Below, one piece after another: positions 34,001 to 42,944 of a stretch of 64,000 nt of DNA; position 1 is the first letter of the stretch, and each line of letters begins with the position of its first letter. Location of the stretch: contig JBDRCO010000072.1 in NCBI GenBank assembly GCA_043821645.1, positions 1-64,000 on the forward strand. The letters are read 5' to 3'. The notes beneath the pieces were generated by a model that was not told the DNA's origin, did not search any database, and saw only the letters and a list, made by a program, of their open reading frames with translations. The DNA is from Pseudomonadota bacterium (GTDB lineage: Bacteria; Myxococcota; JACRCW01; JAFGSX01). A program made the position numbers and the translations under genes.

Positions 34001-37000
34001 ATCTCCACGGCACCGGGGCGATTGTGAGGATCGCCGTCCTGGCAGTCGCACTGATCCGGGGGCAAGAAGGGACAGGCGCCGCAGTCCCGGTAGCCGTCGC
34101 GGTCCAGGTCGAAGTCCTCGTCGGTGTCGCCATCGCAGTCGTTGTCCTCATCGTCGCAGGCCTCGACGTCGGGTAACACCTGTCCCACACAATCGCCCAC
34201 CGCAACGCCACCGCGGCACTCGGCCAGACCTGCCACACACAGGCCCACGCCGAGCGTGCTGCGAGGGCCGGTGTAGCAGGAGGTCTCGACACCATCGATG
34301 TCGCCGTCGCAGTCGTTGTCCTTGCCGTCGCAGATCTCGAGGTTGCCGGCGTAGATCTCGGGGTCGGTGTCATTGCAGTCACCGCCACAGGTGGTCACGC
34401 CGTCACCATCCAGATCGTGTCCCTCGTCGACCACGCCGTCGCAGTCATTGTCATAGCCATCGCAGTCATCGACGGCGATCGGGGTCACCTCGTCGCTGCA
34501 GATCGCCGAGAAGCTGCCCCCCTCGCAGCGATTCGCACCGCCCTGGCACAGGCCCACCCCCTCGGTCTCCGGGGGCTGGCCGGTGTAGCAGGCGCGGGTC
34601 AGCACGCCACCCAGACCATCGTCGTCGGGGGTCCCGTTGCAGTCGTTGTCAGCGCCGTCACAGATCTCGGTACCCCCTGGCTTGACGTCGATGCGTGTGT
34701 CATCGCAGTCGCAGGACATGGCATTGAGAAAGGCGCACAGGGCACAGGAGCGCGCGCCGTCGCCATCCGCGTCAAAGGTCCCCTCGTCGATGGTGCCGTC
34801 GCAGTCGTTGTCCTTGTTGTCGCACAGGGTCTCGTCCTGCGCCGGGTCGTGCGCGGGCAGCACCAGCGCGCCGCCGCAGGCGGACCAGCTGCCTCCGGCC
34901 TGGCAGCTCTGGGTGCCGCTGTGGCAGAGACCGCGGGGCGCGCAGCTGGCGGCATGCCCCGGGCAGTTCCCGGTGTAGGTCGCCGCGGTGACGTTGGTGC
35001 CTTCGAAGCACACGCGGTCCGCCACGCCGGCGTTGGGTGAACCATCGCAATTGCGATCCACAGCGTCGCAGGTCTCGGTGGCGCCAGGCTTGATGGTCGC
35101 GTCGGCATCGTTGCAGTCGCAGGCCGGCGCCGCGGGAGCACTGCAGGTCCCGCACGCGCGCACGGTGTCGTTGTCGGCATCGATGATCAGTCCATCGTCG
35201 GGGGTTCCGTCGCAGTCCTCATCCTGACCATTGCAGGTGACCTCGGGATCGGCCGGAAGGCCGACCGGGACCACCTCGCCCGCGCAGGCACCCCAGTTGG
35301 CAGGATCGCTGACGTTGGTGTTGATGGCCTGACAGGTCTGGGTGCCGCCGTGACACAGCCCGATGCCGTTGGTTCCCCCGGGTCCCGTGTAGCAGGTCCG
35401 GCTGAGGTTTTCGTCGACGCTGTTGTCGCAGTCGTTGTCCAGGGTATCGCAGGCCTCGACCCTGGCAGGACGGTTGCACCAGGCGCCGTACTGCACGTTG
35501 CTGTTGTCGTTGCACTCCGTCGCCGCGCAGGCCGGGACCTGATCGCCATCGGCGTCGGCGAAGCCATTCCAGGGTGCGCCATCGCAGTCCTGATCCACGC
35601 AGTCGCACAGCTCGGGTGCTCCGGGATAGATCGCGTTGTTGTTGTCGTTGCAGTCGCAGGGCGTGACCGTGCACCCCGTGCAGCTCAGGAAACCATCGCC
35701 ATCCACGTCGAAGGTCTCGTCGATGAGCGTGTCGCAGTCATTGTCCTGGCCATCGCAGATCTCGGGATTGCCCGGGAAGTTGTCGGGATCCGAATCATCG
35801 CAGTCGCAGTTGGCCGCGCCCAGGTAGGTCGTGCAGCCGTCGCCAGCAGCCACGTCGCAGCGCCCGACCCCGTCGCCATCGAGATCGAAGCCCTCGTTGT
35901 TGGTGCCGTCGCAATCGTTGTCCGTGGCGTCACAGACCTCGATGCTGTCCCCGGTGGAGTCCGAACATTGCTGCAGGCCGGTGACACACGCGTAGGTGCC
36001 CTCGCGACACTGATCGCTGTCCGGACCGTCGCAGGGCTGGTTGTACCAGGTCTCGCCGCTGCCATCTGCCGAGGCGGGATTGCAGTCATCGTTGGTGTTG
36101 TTGTTGCACAGGTCCACGACGTGGATGCTCTCGTTGCACTGCACACCGCTGCCATTGGAGCGGCAGCCCCAGGTGCCGTTGACGCACAGATCGGCGTCCG
36201 TGCCGTCACAGGGCTGGGTCAGCTCGGGCCAGTCCTCGTTGTTGGTGCCGTCGCAGTCGTTGTCCACCGCATCGCAGCGCTCGACCGTGTTGCTCGTGTT
36301 GTCGCTGCACCCCTGGCCCCACACGCTGCTCCCGAGATCCACGCACACGGCCGTTCCCTCGGCGCACAGATCTGTGTCCGGTCCGTCGCAGGCCACACCG
36401 AACCAGGCCTCGACGCTGCCATCGGCCGTGGCCGGGTTGCAGTCGTCGTCCACGCCGTTGCAGACATCGGGATCGGCATCGTTGGGATCCGAGCAGGCCT
36501 GGCTGCCGGCGCTGCAGGAGTAGGTGCCTTCGGGGCAGAGGTCGGCATCGGTGCCGTCGCAGGGCTGGTTGTACCAGGCCTCGGCGGACCCATCGGCGGT
36601 GGCCGGATTGCAGTCCTCGTCCTGGCCATTGCAGCGATCGACGAAGCTCAGGCTCTCGTTGCAGCGCGTGCCCGTGCCATTGGCCAGACAGACCACGGTG
36701 CCATTACTGCACAGATCGCTGTCCGTGCCATCGCAGCTGCTCCCCAGGCTGGGCCAGTCCTCGTTGTTGCTGCCGTCGCAGTCATTGTCGATGGCGTCAC
36801 ACAGCTCGACGCTGTTGCCCGTGGTGTCGCTGCAGGTCTGAGCGGACCCGGTACATTGAAAGACCCCCTCGGCGCACAGATCGGTGTCCGGGCCATCACA
36901 GGCCTGGCCGTACCAGGCCTCGGCCGAACCATTCGCGGTCGCGGGATTGCAGTCGTCGTCGATGGCGTTGCACAGGTCAGGGTCCGCGTCGTTGGGATCG

Positions 37001-37506
37001 GAGCAGGTCTGGACACCACCCGAGCACGCGTAGGTGCCCTCGTTGCAGAGGTCGGCATCGGTGCCATCGCAGGGTTGATTGAGCCAGGCCTCCCCCGAAC
37101 CGTCGGGTGTCGCCGGGTCACAGTCGTCATTGAGGCCGTTACACAGGTCCGGATCGGCGTCGTTGGGATCGTCGCAGACCTTCAGGGCGCCCGTGCACTG
37201 GAACAGACCTTCGGGGCAGATATCGGTGTCTGTGCCATCACAGGACTGGTGATACCAGCTCTCGGCGCTGCCGTCGGCGGTGGCAGGACTGCAGTCATTG
37301 TCCTTTCCATCGCAGATCTCGGGCCGGGCGCCGCCGACGCACGAGGCGCCTCGCACCGTGTTATCCGAGTCGTCGCAATCTCCCTGCAGGCAGCTGCAAC
37401 CGTCACCATCGCCGTCGGTGTCATTGCACTGCGCCCGCGCTGTGGTCGGCACCAGCAGCATCACACCGGCGAGCAAGGCCAGGCTCAGAAATTGTAGTGT
37501 GCGCAT
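31006..37506 (-). CDS. Giant (2166 aa) surface protein: signal peptide, Cys/Asp-rich repeats (MopE-related metal-binding motif), internal MYXO-CTERM plus lipoprotein signal, C-terminal VWA domain
   Basis: Start MRTLQFLSLALL overlaps the upstream TGA. Many DCxDxDP..PG..E.CD..DNxCDG..DE repeats; internal GCTC..WLIVGSLLGVLVAWRRRKRGVLVLCAVVGLAASLSLVPAC; MIDAS motif DNSAS and IFVSDED. Confidence 0.88.
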   Translation of the reverse strand: MRTLQFLSLALLAGVMLLVPTTARAQCNDTDGDGDGCSCLQGDCDDSDNTVRGASCVGGARPEICDGKDNDCSPATADGSAESWYHQSCDGTDTDICPEGLFQCTGALKVCDDPNDADPDLCNGLNDDCDPATPDGSGEAWLNQPCDGTDADLCNEGTYACSGGVQTCSDPNDADPDLCNAIDDDCNPATANGSAEAWYGQACDGPDTDLCAEGVFQCTGSAQTCSDTTGNSVELCDAIDNDCDGSNNEDWPSLGSSCDGTDSDLCSNGTVVCLANGTGTRCNESLSFVDRCNGQDEDCNPATADGSAEAWYNQPCDGTDADLCPEGTYSCSAGSQACSDPNDADPDVCNGVDDDCNPATADGSVEAWFGVACDGPDTDLCAEGTAVCVDLGSSVWGQGCSDNTSNTVERCDAVDNDCDGTNNEDWPELTQPCDGTDADLCVNGTWGCRSNGSGVQCNESIHVVDLCNNNTNDDCNPASADGSGETWYNQPCDGPDSDQCREGTYACVTGLQQCSDSTGDSIEVCDATDNDCDGTNNEGFDLDGDGVGRCDVAAGDGCTTYLGAANCDCDDSDPDNFPGNPEICDGQDNDCDTLIDETFDVDGDGFLSCTGCTVTPCDCNDNNNAIYPGAPELCDCVDQDCDGAPWNGFADADGDQVPACAATECNDNSNVQYGAWCNRPARVEACDTLDNDCDNSVDENLSRTCYTGPGGTNGIGLCHGGTQTCQAINTNVSDPANWGACAGEVVPVGLPADPEVTCNGQDEDCDGTPDDGLIIDADNDTVRACGTCSAPAAPACDCNDADATIKPGATETCDAVDRNCDGSPNAGVADRVCFEGTNVTAATYTGNCPGHAASCAPRGLCHSGTQSCQAGGSWSACGGALVLPAHDPAQDETLCDNKDNDCDGTIDEGTFDADGDGARSCALCAFLNAMSCDCDDTRIDVKPGGTEICDGADNDCNGTPDDDGLGGVLTRACYTGQPPETEGVGLCQGGANRCEGGSFSAICSDEVTPIAVDDCDGYDNDCDGVVDEGHDLDGDGVTTCGGDCNDTDPEIYAGNLEICDGKDNDCDGDIDGVETSCYTGPRSTLGVGLCVAGLAECRGGVAVGDCVGQVLPDVEACDDEDNDCDGDTDEDFDLDRDGYRDCGACPFLPPDQCDCQDGDPHNRPGAVEICDCQDNNCDGVVDEAGACEGGACHDLDQDGYRNCDGDCNDRDSRVGPGFAEIWNNGIDDDCDGAIDEDVDEDRDGYTIGQGDCDDRFAEINPGHAEVCDGFDNNCDGTVDEGFDADGDHATVCAGDCDDTDPLRSPLRREVCGDNIDNDCNGLIDEDTDIDGDGVTTCQGDCNDHNAAVHGAFGTIEAAPEICDGQDNNCDGPADEGFDEDGDRWVSCLGDCDDTDPDVNPDRLEVPRNGIDDDCDGQVDEGEEDLDNDGFSPNCGDCNDADNTINPHAREACDRIDNNCDGYVDAMLGAFNMCATCFDADADGFTNCDGDCDDSEPTVYPGAPEICDLLDNDCDHSVDLDPQGFTVCVTEEDAGVEDAGGVDVDISVPDGGGLVILVDAGVEAGLPDAKGVLRLGCTCSAGPAGMPRGWLIVGSLLGVLVAWRRRKRGVLVLCAVVGLAASLSLVPACDSSLLVPGVVEPEDDAGMNTLEGGSPDLGTRSDASVGWDQTPRDLVLGDLATTACPVSSVITQIGTQVPGTELPFAVPPVTDRIALEGAEAFALDDLADDVLGFVLRQPMPAGMDPGDERMASAFALNEVQALDQLPTAPQVAERIEAHRRVFHDLFGRAGVATVQRLIFPAPVTSSYVRRSALAALSHLLPGTIQGLPTSLPTAIVATEHMVHVLYLFSAESVLVVVASTPADSYVHNQLLMGDLTNATHVGMTGYTLRKECEVKTLPELRSDFLWIIDNSASMQEEQQALSVATGAFYDALVASGLDFRLGVATTDGEVLQGGGFTTDPTTFADNVRVGINGNGREMGLEYGLRAIAAARASSDPARQLRSNAALVVIFVSDEDSINLRSVASYAEDYRAQGAQVYGIVGPRPWGCQRVGLGVARPGNAYIEVAEGTGGATGSICNPNLAETITAILIGAAGAASRSPLLRQPVSNSLAVKVQRTGVFVPSARSRDEGFDYEPGANGILFFGDQQTLPPAGSLFEVAYQYFAYIEG

Positions 37507-38864
37507 CAGTAGTACCCTCCCACCTCGAAGCCGAGTGTGGTCAGCCGCTCGTCGAGGGAGAAGCGGCTGGACTGCCAGCCGCCGAAGCTCGCGGTGCGCA
37601 GGCCGGCCCGCGCGAAGAACAGGGGCGCCGCGTGCAGGACCAGCCACGCCTCCCCTTGCCAGGCGGGGCGCAGCATGATGCCGCCGCCCTGCCCCACGGG
37701 TTGGCGGGCCGCCAGCACTCCCTCGACGGTGAGGAGCGGTGGCCACAGAGGTTGCACCGCGCGAGCGTGCACTTCTGCAAACAGGTAGCGCGTGCTCGGC
37801 GCAGGCAGGCAACAACCAATCTCGCTACGCTGCCAGCCCCAGCCGCCGCCGAGACCGAGCCAGGGCGCGTACGCATGATGGAACAGCATGCGCCGGTAGC
37901 TGCCGCGCAGGGTCAGATCGTCGTCGTCGATTCGGACCTCACCGCCCTCGTAGCTGCCGCTGTAAAGACCCCGGCGATAGGAGGCATCCAGCACCAGGTC
38001 GGCGAGGGGCGAGCGATTGAGCGCGGGGATGAGGCGCAGTGGCAGAACCGACGCGCTCACGCTCCACCCGGGCAGGGCTCCCGATTCGATGGGGATGACC
38101 CTGCGCAGCTGGCTGCCACCGAGATCGACCTGGCGCGAGCCCACGGAGAAGCCCGTCGCCAGGAACAGCGCAGGCACCCGCTTGCGCGCTCGTTGCAGCG
38201 AGGCCAGAGCGTCAGCCTCCCGCTGTTCCTCCTCGAGGATCTCGTCACTCGGCGACACCACCGCGGCGCGACTGTCACCGCGGGCCGTGCGCTCCTGCCA
38301 GGGCTGCGATGAGGCCGGACTCACCTCGGCCACGCCCACGTCGATGGCGACAAGCGGGGGGTCTGCATGCTGCAAGAGCACGCGGGCTTTCTGGTCGATG
38401 AGGCTCGCGATGCGCTCGGCGTCCTTGTCCTCGATGCGGTCTGCCTTGATGCCGCGGATGGGGATACTCCGCGTGGCCTTCTGACCCAGGTTCGAGTACA
38501 CCAGAACCGTGAGTCCGCGCTTGGACGCGGACAGGATGATCGCGCGCTCGGCACCGACCGCCGCGGCCAGGCGCGCCACCCCGTCGGGCATCAGCAACTG
38601 GTTGGGCCACACCCTGGTGCGTTTCTGGGCTTCGACCACGTCGGCGTGGTCGACCACGCGCTCACCAAAGCGCGCGCGCAGCGCCTTGACCAGACGCGGA
38701 TGACTATCGAGGGCCTGCTCGCGAGCCACCCCAACCACCGGCGCGACCAGGATTCGTGGAGCTGGGGCCCCCTCGTCGGCCGCGTGGAGCGGCTGCGCCA
38801 GCAGGACAGCCAGCGCCATCCCCAGCAGGAGGCTGGTCCCGAACTCTCTCTCGACGCGGAGCAT
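37506..38864 (-). CDS. Secreted protein with a probable C-terminal outer-membrane beta-barrel
   Basis: Signal peptide; alternating hydrophobic beta-strands; ends LGFEVGGYY (aromatic terminal residue); SD GAGGTG and TATAAT (38897-38892) upstream. Confidence 0.65.
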   Translation of the reverse strand: MLRVEREFGTSLLLGMALAVLLAQPLHAADEGAPAPRILVAPVVGVAREQALDSHPRLVKALRARFGERVVDHADVVEAQKRTRVWPNQLLMPDGVARLAAAVGAERAIILSASKRGLTVLVYSNLGQKATRSIPIRGIKADRIEDKDAERIASLIDQKARVLLQHADPPLVAIDVGVAEVSPASSQPWQERTARGDSRAAVVSPSDEILEEEQREADALASLQRARKRVPALFLATGFSVGSRQVDLGGSQLRRVIPIESGALPGWSVSASVLPLRLIPALNRSPLADLVLDASYRRGLYSGSYEGGEVRIDDDDLTLRGSYRRMLFHHAYAPWLGLGGGWGWQRSEIGCCLPAPSTRYLFAEVHARAVQPLWPPLLTVEGVLAARQPVGQGGGIMLRPAWQGEAWLVLHAAPLFFARAGLRTASFGGWQSSRFSLDERLTTLGFEVGGYY

Positions 38865-38946
38865 GCAGCACCTCGCTGTCAGGTCGCACCCATTATACGT
38901 GACGGAGCGGGAGCCTGCACTCGAGCTTGCCGACCTGCCCGGCCCT

Positions 38947-40449
38947 TCAGAGAACAGCGACGCCACCATTCCCCCGCGCCAGACTCTGCAGGTCGACCCG
39001 GGTCAGGGGGCGCGACACCTGCAGCACCATGTCGCGAATCTGCTGCGCCTCACGCCGGATCTCGCGCCAGTGCTCGACGATCCCGGCGCCATCAAAGCCC
39101 GCGGAGAACAGCCGCTCAAAGATATCGCGCAGCGGAAGTGTGCCGTCCCCCAGGCTCAGGTGGCCGTCGCTGAGCCCATCATTGTCATGCAGCTGCAGGT
39201 GCACGATACGGCGCTGGGCCCGGTCCAGGAGCTGCAGCAATTCCTCGGTGTAGTCGAGACCGTTGCGGTGAAGATGGGCATAGCCAAGATCCAGCGCCAC
39301 CTGTGCCCCTGGGATCTGCTCCGCGGTCCGAGCCAGGCGTTCCGGCCCGACCTGCCGCCCGTAGTCGGGGCCATTGCCGATGGCGAGATCCACTCCGCTG
39401 TCCGCCGCGCGCGAGGCCAGCTCCTGCATCAGCGGCAGGTCATCCACGCACAGCGCTGGCACCACCAGCAGACAGGCTCCCACGTCGACCGCGAAGCGGA
39501 CCAGCTCCTGTCCCAGATCGCGGCCCGCGGTTCCAGCCAGGGAGACCAGCGGCGCCAACACACTCAGCTGCAGACCCATGCCGCTGGCCATGGAATGAAA
39601 ACGGGCGCGGGCGCGGGCGTCGATGTCCGAGGGCATGAAATTGTCGAAGAAGACCTCGAACGCGCTCAGGCCCTGTCGGGAGGTGTGCCGCAGCTCGTCC
39701 TCGACGAACAGGCCATTGAAGCGGCAGCTTTGCAAGCCCAGCCACAGGAAGCGGCGTTGCTGCATGACCACGCCCTGGCGTCGGCGCAGCAGGACGCCCA
39801 GAGCATGCGTCGCCTGGGGCAGCTCGGGGAGCAGGGTCACGGCCTCGCCCACGGCGTGGGTGGCATGCGCGTCGCTGCCAGCCAGGGCCAAGCCGTCGAT
39901 CTTCTGGCACCAGCGCGCGGCAAGGTCGTTGCGATTGTTCAGGTCGCGGCGCCCGTTGACCACCTCGACAGCGTCGATGAGGTTGGGTCCTCCGAAGGGC
40001 GCTCCGTGGTTGCGGTGCCTGAACGGATGGGCCGCAACCAGGATCCCCCCGCGCTCGACCACGAAGCGCCTCAGATCCCAGGGGTCGGCGCGCAGCAGGT
40101 CGATGCCATCGAGGGCGCTCGGATCCAGGCCCAGCACCAGCACGTCGTCCATGGTGCGCGGGATGCGGTACTCGAGCCCGAAATAGATCTTTGGTGCCCC
40201 GGGCAGGTGCTCGGCTGCAGCGCACGCCGCATCGAAGCCACGCCGCACGGTACTGGCCAGCTGCTGCTGGTCCATGGCCAGAACAGCGCTCTGCTGGCGC
40301 AGCTCGTCCGGCACGAACTGTGCGGTCACACACAGGCCTGCCAGACCATTGTGCGCCGCCGCCGCCACCATTTCCCCGGCCGTGGCCACCGCTTCCGGAG
40401 TGCACTCGGCGGTATGCACGTGCAGGTCAATGGCAAAGGGGCTCGACAT
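38947..40449 (-). CDS. Fusion of a PHP-domain phosphoesterase and a xylose-isomerase-like (AP endonuclease 2) TIM barrel
   Basis: DLHVHT, AAHPFR, AVEVVNG, AGSDAH; then LDLGYAH, HLQLHDNDG..DGHL.LGDG, IVEH. Confidence 0.75.
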   Translation of the reverse strand: MSSPFAIDLHVHTAECTPEAVATAGEMVAAAAHNGLAGLCVTAQFVPDELRQQSAVLAMDQQQLASTVRRGFDAACAAAEHLPGAPKIYFGLEYRIPRTMDDVLVLGLDPSALDGIDLLRADPWDLRRFVVERGGILVAAHPFRHRNHGAPFGGPNLIDAVEVVNGRRDLNNRNDLAARWCQKIDGLALAGSDAHATHAVGEAVTLLPELPQATHALGVLLRRRQGVVMQQRRFLWLGLQSCRFNGLFVEDELRHTSRQGLSAFEVFFDNFMPSDIDARARARFHSMASGMGLQLSVLAPLVSLAGTAGRDLGQELVRFAVDVGACLLVVPALCVDDLPLMQELASRAADSGVDLAIGNGPDYGRQVGPERLARTAEQIPGAQVALDLGYAHLHRNGLDYTEELLQLLDRAQRRIVHLQLHDNDGLSDGHLSLGDGTLPLRDIFERLFSAGFDGAGIVEHWREIRREAQQIRDMVLQVSRPLTRVDLQSLARGNGGVAVL

Positions 40450-40709
40450 CCTGGGGCCTCGCTGGGGCCGGGATCGTGGCCGAGCCACGCCGGCGATGCA
40501 ACCGCCGCGTGCCCTTAAGACCGAGCGCGGAGCTGGGTGTGGAGGGATGGCCGCCGCTGGTGCTCGCCCCCCCCCGGCATCCCGTTGTCCGGATGGGCAC
40601 AAGAGGGGATTGCGCTTCCGCGAAGCCAGTCGTTGATTCCCCGGGTTCTGTTCGATATGGATGCGCCCCGCTTGAAAGATCCGCCACCCGTGGTGGCAAG
40701 GAGCGCTCG

Positions 40710-42257
40710 ATGCTCGAAGGGATGCGCAGGCACGCAAATTCGTTCATCACCACCGTGATGTTCGGGATCATCATCATCGTTTTCGTATTCAGCTTCGGGC
40801 CGGGCTCTGCGCGCTATTGCGGCAATGCGCTGCCCATGGCGGCCGCGGTCAATGGCCGCGCCATCACCGCCGCGGAGTTCCAGCAGCAATACGCTCGTAC
40901 TTTCGAGCGGATGCAGCAGTACCGGCCCAACTATTCTCTCGACACCGCCAAGGCCGAGAACCTGAAGAAGAGCGTGCTGGACCAGCTCATCGGGCGCGAA
41001 CTCCTGGTGCAGGAAGGCCAGCGCCGCGGGCTCACCATCGCCGACGAGGAACTGGCACGCGAGATCGTGAACATGCCGATGTTCCAGCAGGAAGGCGCGT
41101 TCGATCGCGACCTGTACCGCCGCTATGCGACCAGCCTCAACCTGTCCGAGGCCGGCTTCGAAGAGGAGCTGCGACGCGACCTGCTGGCCCAGCGCATGCG
41201 CGAGATCCTGCAGGACACCGTGGCCGTCAGCGGAACAGAGATCCGATCCCTGTGGGAGCGACGCAACAACCGCGCTGATCTGTGGTTCGTCAAGGTCGAT
41301 CCCTTTCATTTCCGCAAGGAGATCCAGGTCAGCGATGACGAGGCCAAGACCTTTGCCACGGAGCAGCGGGCCCGCGTCGAGGACAGCTACAACCAGCATG
41401 CCACCCGGTACAACAAGCCCGAGCGTGTGCGTGCGCGCCACATCCTGATCAAGGTCGCCGAGGATGCGCCCGATGCTGAGCAGCAAAAGGCCCAGCAGCG
41501 TATCGCCGAGGCCAAGAAGCGCATCGCGGATGGTGAGGACTTCGCTGCGGTGGCCAAGGCACTCAGTGAAGACTCGAGCGCGGCCCAGGGTGGCGACCTC
41601 GGCGCGCAGCCCCGCGGCTCCTGGGTCAAGCCCTTTGAAGACGCGGCCTTTGCTCTGGAGCCAGGCGCGGTCTCCGACGTGGTGCGCACCCAGTTCGGTT
41701 TTCACATCATCAAGGTGGACGCCAAGGTTGCGGCCGAAACCAAGACTGTCGACGAGGTGGCGGTGGAGATCGCCCGCGACGTCCTGACCGAGGATCGCGC
41801 CAAGGAGAAGGCCAAGGCGGCCGCCGAACTATGGCTGGCCCGGCTCAAGGACGCCGCGGATCCCGAGAGCCTCAATCCGCCGGCAGAGGATCAGAAGCCC
41901 GACCCCTTCGCGCCCAAGGTCGACAGTACCGGCACCTTCGAGAAGGACGCGCGCTACGTGCCCAAGGTCGGTATTGCCGGCGACCTGGCCACCAAGGCCT
42001 TCGAGCTCACCGTCGAGGCCCCGGTCCCGGCAGCCCCCATCGAGGTCCAGGGACGCTACTACGCGATCAAGCTCAAGGACCGGCAGATGCCGGATCCCGC
42101 CAGCTTCGACACGGACAAGGAGCGCCTGCGCACCGAGCTGATCTCGCGACGCCAGATGAGCGTGGTCGAGGACTTCATCAAGGTCCTGCGCGAGGTGGCG
42201 CGGGTCGAGCTCAACCCCGGCCTGGTCTCCTACGACGACGAGAGCAACCCCACCTGA
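40710..42257 (+). CDS. PpiD-like membrane-anchored periplasmic chaperone / parvulin PPIase with SurA N-terminal domain
   Basis: N-terminal TM, AAVNGRAIT, PERVRARHILIK, DFAAVAKALSED, GGDLG, VRTQFGFHIIK. Confidence 0.9.
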   Translation: MLEGMRRHANSFITTVMFGIIIIVFVFSFGPGSARYCGNALPMAAAVNGRAITAAEFQQQYARTFERMQQYRPNYSLDTAKAENLKKSVLDQLIGRELLVQEGQRRGLTIADEELAREIVNMPMFQQEGAFDRDLYRRYATSLNLSEAGFEEELRRDLLAQRMREILQDTVAVSGTEIRSLWERRNNRADLWFVKVDPFHFRKEIQVSDDEAKTFATEQRARVEDSYNQHATRYNKPERVRARHILIKVAEDAPDAEQQKAQQRIAEAKKRIADGEDFAAVAKALSEDSSAAQGGDLGAQPRGSWVKPFEDAAFALEPGAVSDVVRTQFGFHIIKVDAKVAAETKTVDEVAVEIARDVLTEDRAKEKAKAAAELWLARLKDAADPESLNPPAEDQKPDPFAPKVDSTGTFEKDARYVPKVGIAGDLATKAFELTVEAPVPAAPIEVQGRYYAIKLKDRQMPDPASFDTDKERLRTELISRRQMSVVEDFIKVLREVARVELNPGLVSYDDESNPT

Positions 42258-42877
42258 GCGAGGCAGACACGCGCGAGATCGAGCTCAAGCGTGGCCTGGC
42301 GGGCGAGGGTGCCTGGCTGCGCCTGTGCGCCCACCTCGGGGTCCCCGCGGCCGAGCGCCCGCAGCACAACCTGTTCGTCGACACCCGGGACGGTGCGCTG
42401 CGCGCGGCCAGCCTTGCGCTGCGGCTGCGGCGCGAACCTGGACGCGGCCTGATCACGGTCAAGGGCCCCGCCCGGCGCCACGGCGAGGTCGCGGACCGGC
42501 TCGAGATCGAGTGTGTGGTTGATGCCGAGCAGGCGCAGACGCTGTGGGATGAACCCGACCGCATGCGGGCACTCGACGCGGCTCCTATCCATCACCTGGG
42601 TACCCTGCTCGAGTCCGGGCCACTGTTGGAAGTAGCGCGCTTCACCAACCTGCGACGGAGCTATCCCTGGAGCGCAGCGGATCAGTCCCTGGTCCTCGAG
42701 GTGGATCGCACCCTGTTCACTGACGGCAGCGAGGACTTCGAGGTCGAGGTGGAGCTTCAGGATGCAGCGCTCGCGACGCCCGTGACCGCGGCCCTGCACG
42801 CCCTGCTCGACGTGATCGGCGTGGAGCACCAGGCCCAGCCCCTGAGTAAGCTGACTCGCGCCCTGCGCCACCGCTGA
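42254..42877 (+). CDS. CYTH domain (triphosphate tunnel) protein; probable CTG start
   Basis: EIELK, QHNLFVDT, LALRLR, ITVKGP, RLEIE, EVDRT, FEVEVE; only CTG (CTGA overlap with the upstream stop) is available as a start. Confidence 0.8.
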   Translation: MSEADTREIELKRGLAGEGAWLRLCAHLGVPAAERPQHNLFVDTRDGALRAASLALRLRREPGRGLITVKGPARRHGEVADRLEIECVVDAEQAQTLWDEPDRMRALDAAPIHHLGTLLESGPLLEVARFTNLRRSYPWSAADQSLVLEVDRTLFTDGSEDFEVEVELQDAALATPVTAALHALLDVIGVEHQAQPLSKLTRALRHR

Positions 42878-42944
42878 GCGCCGGCCCATGACGGGCGCTG
42901 CGACTCTGACCTACAATGCCTCGCCTGAACCCGTCGGAGGTCGC

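Noticed and set aside
32056-37497. Long plus-strand ORFs (706 aa, 715 aa) opposite the giant protein
   Set aside because: Val/Ala-rich antisense shadows of a GC-rich repetitive gene; no motifs.
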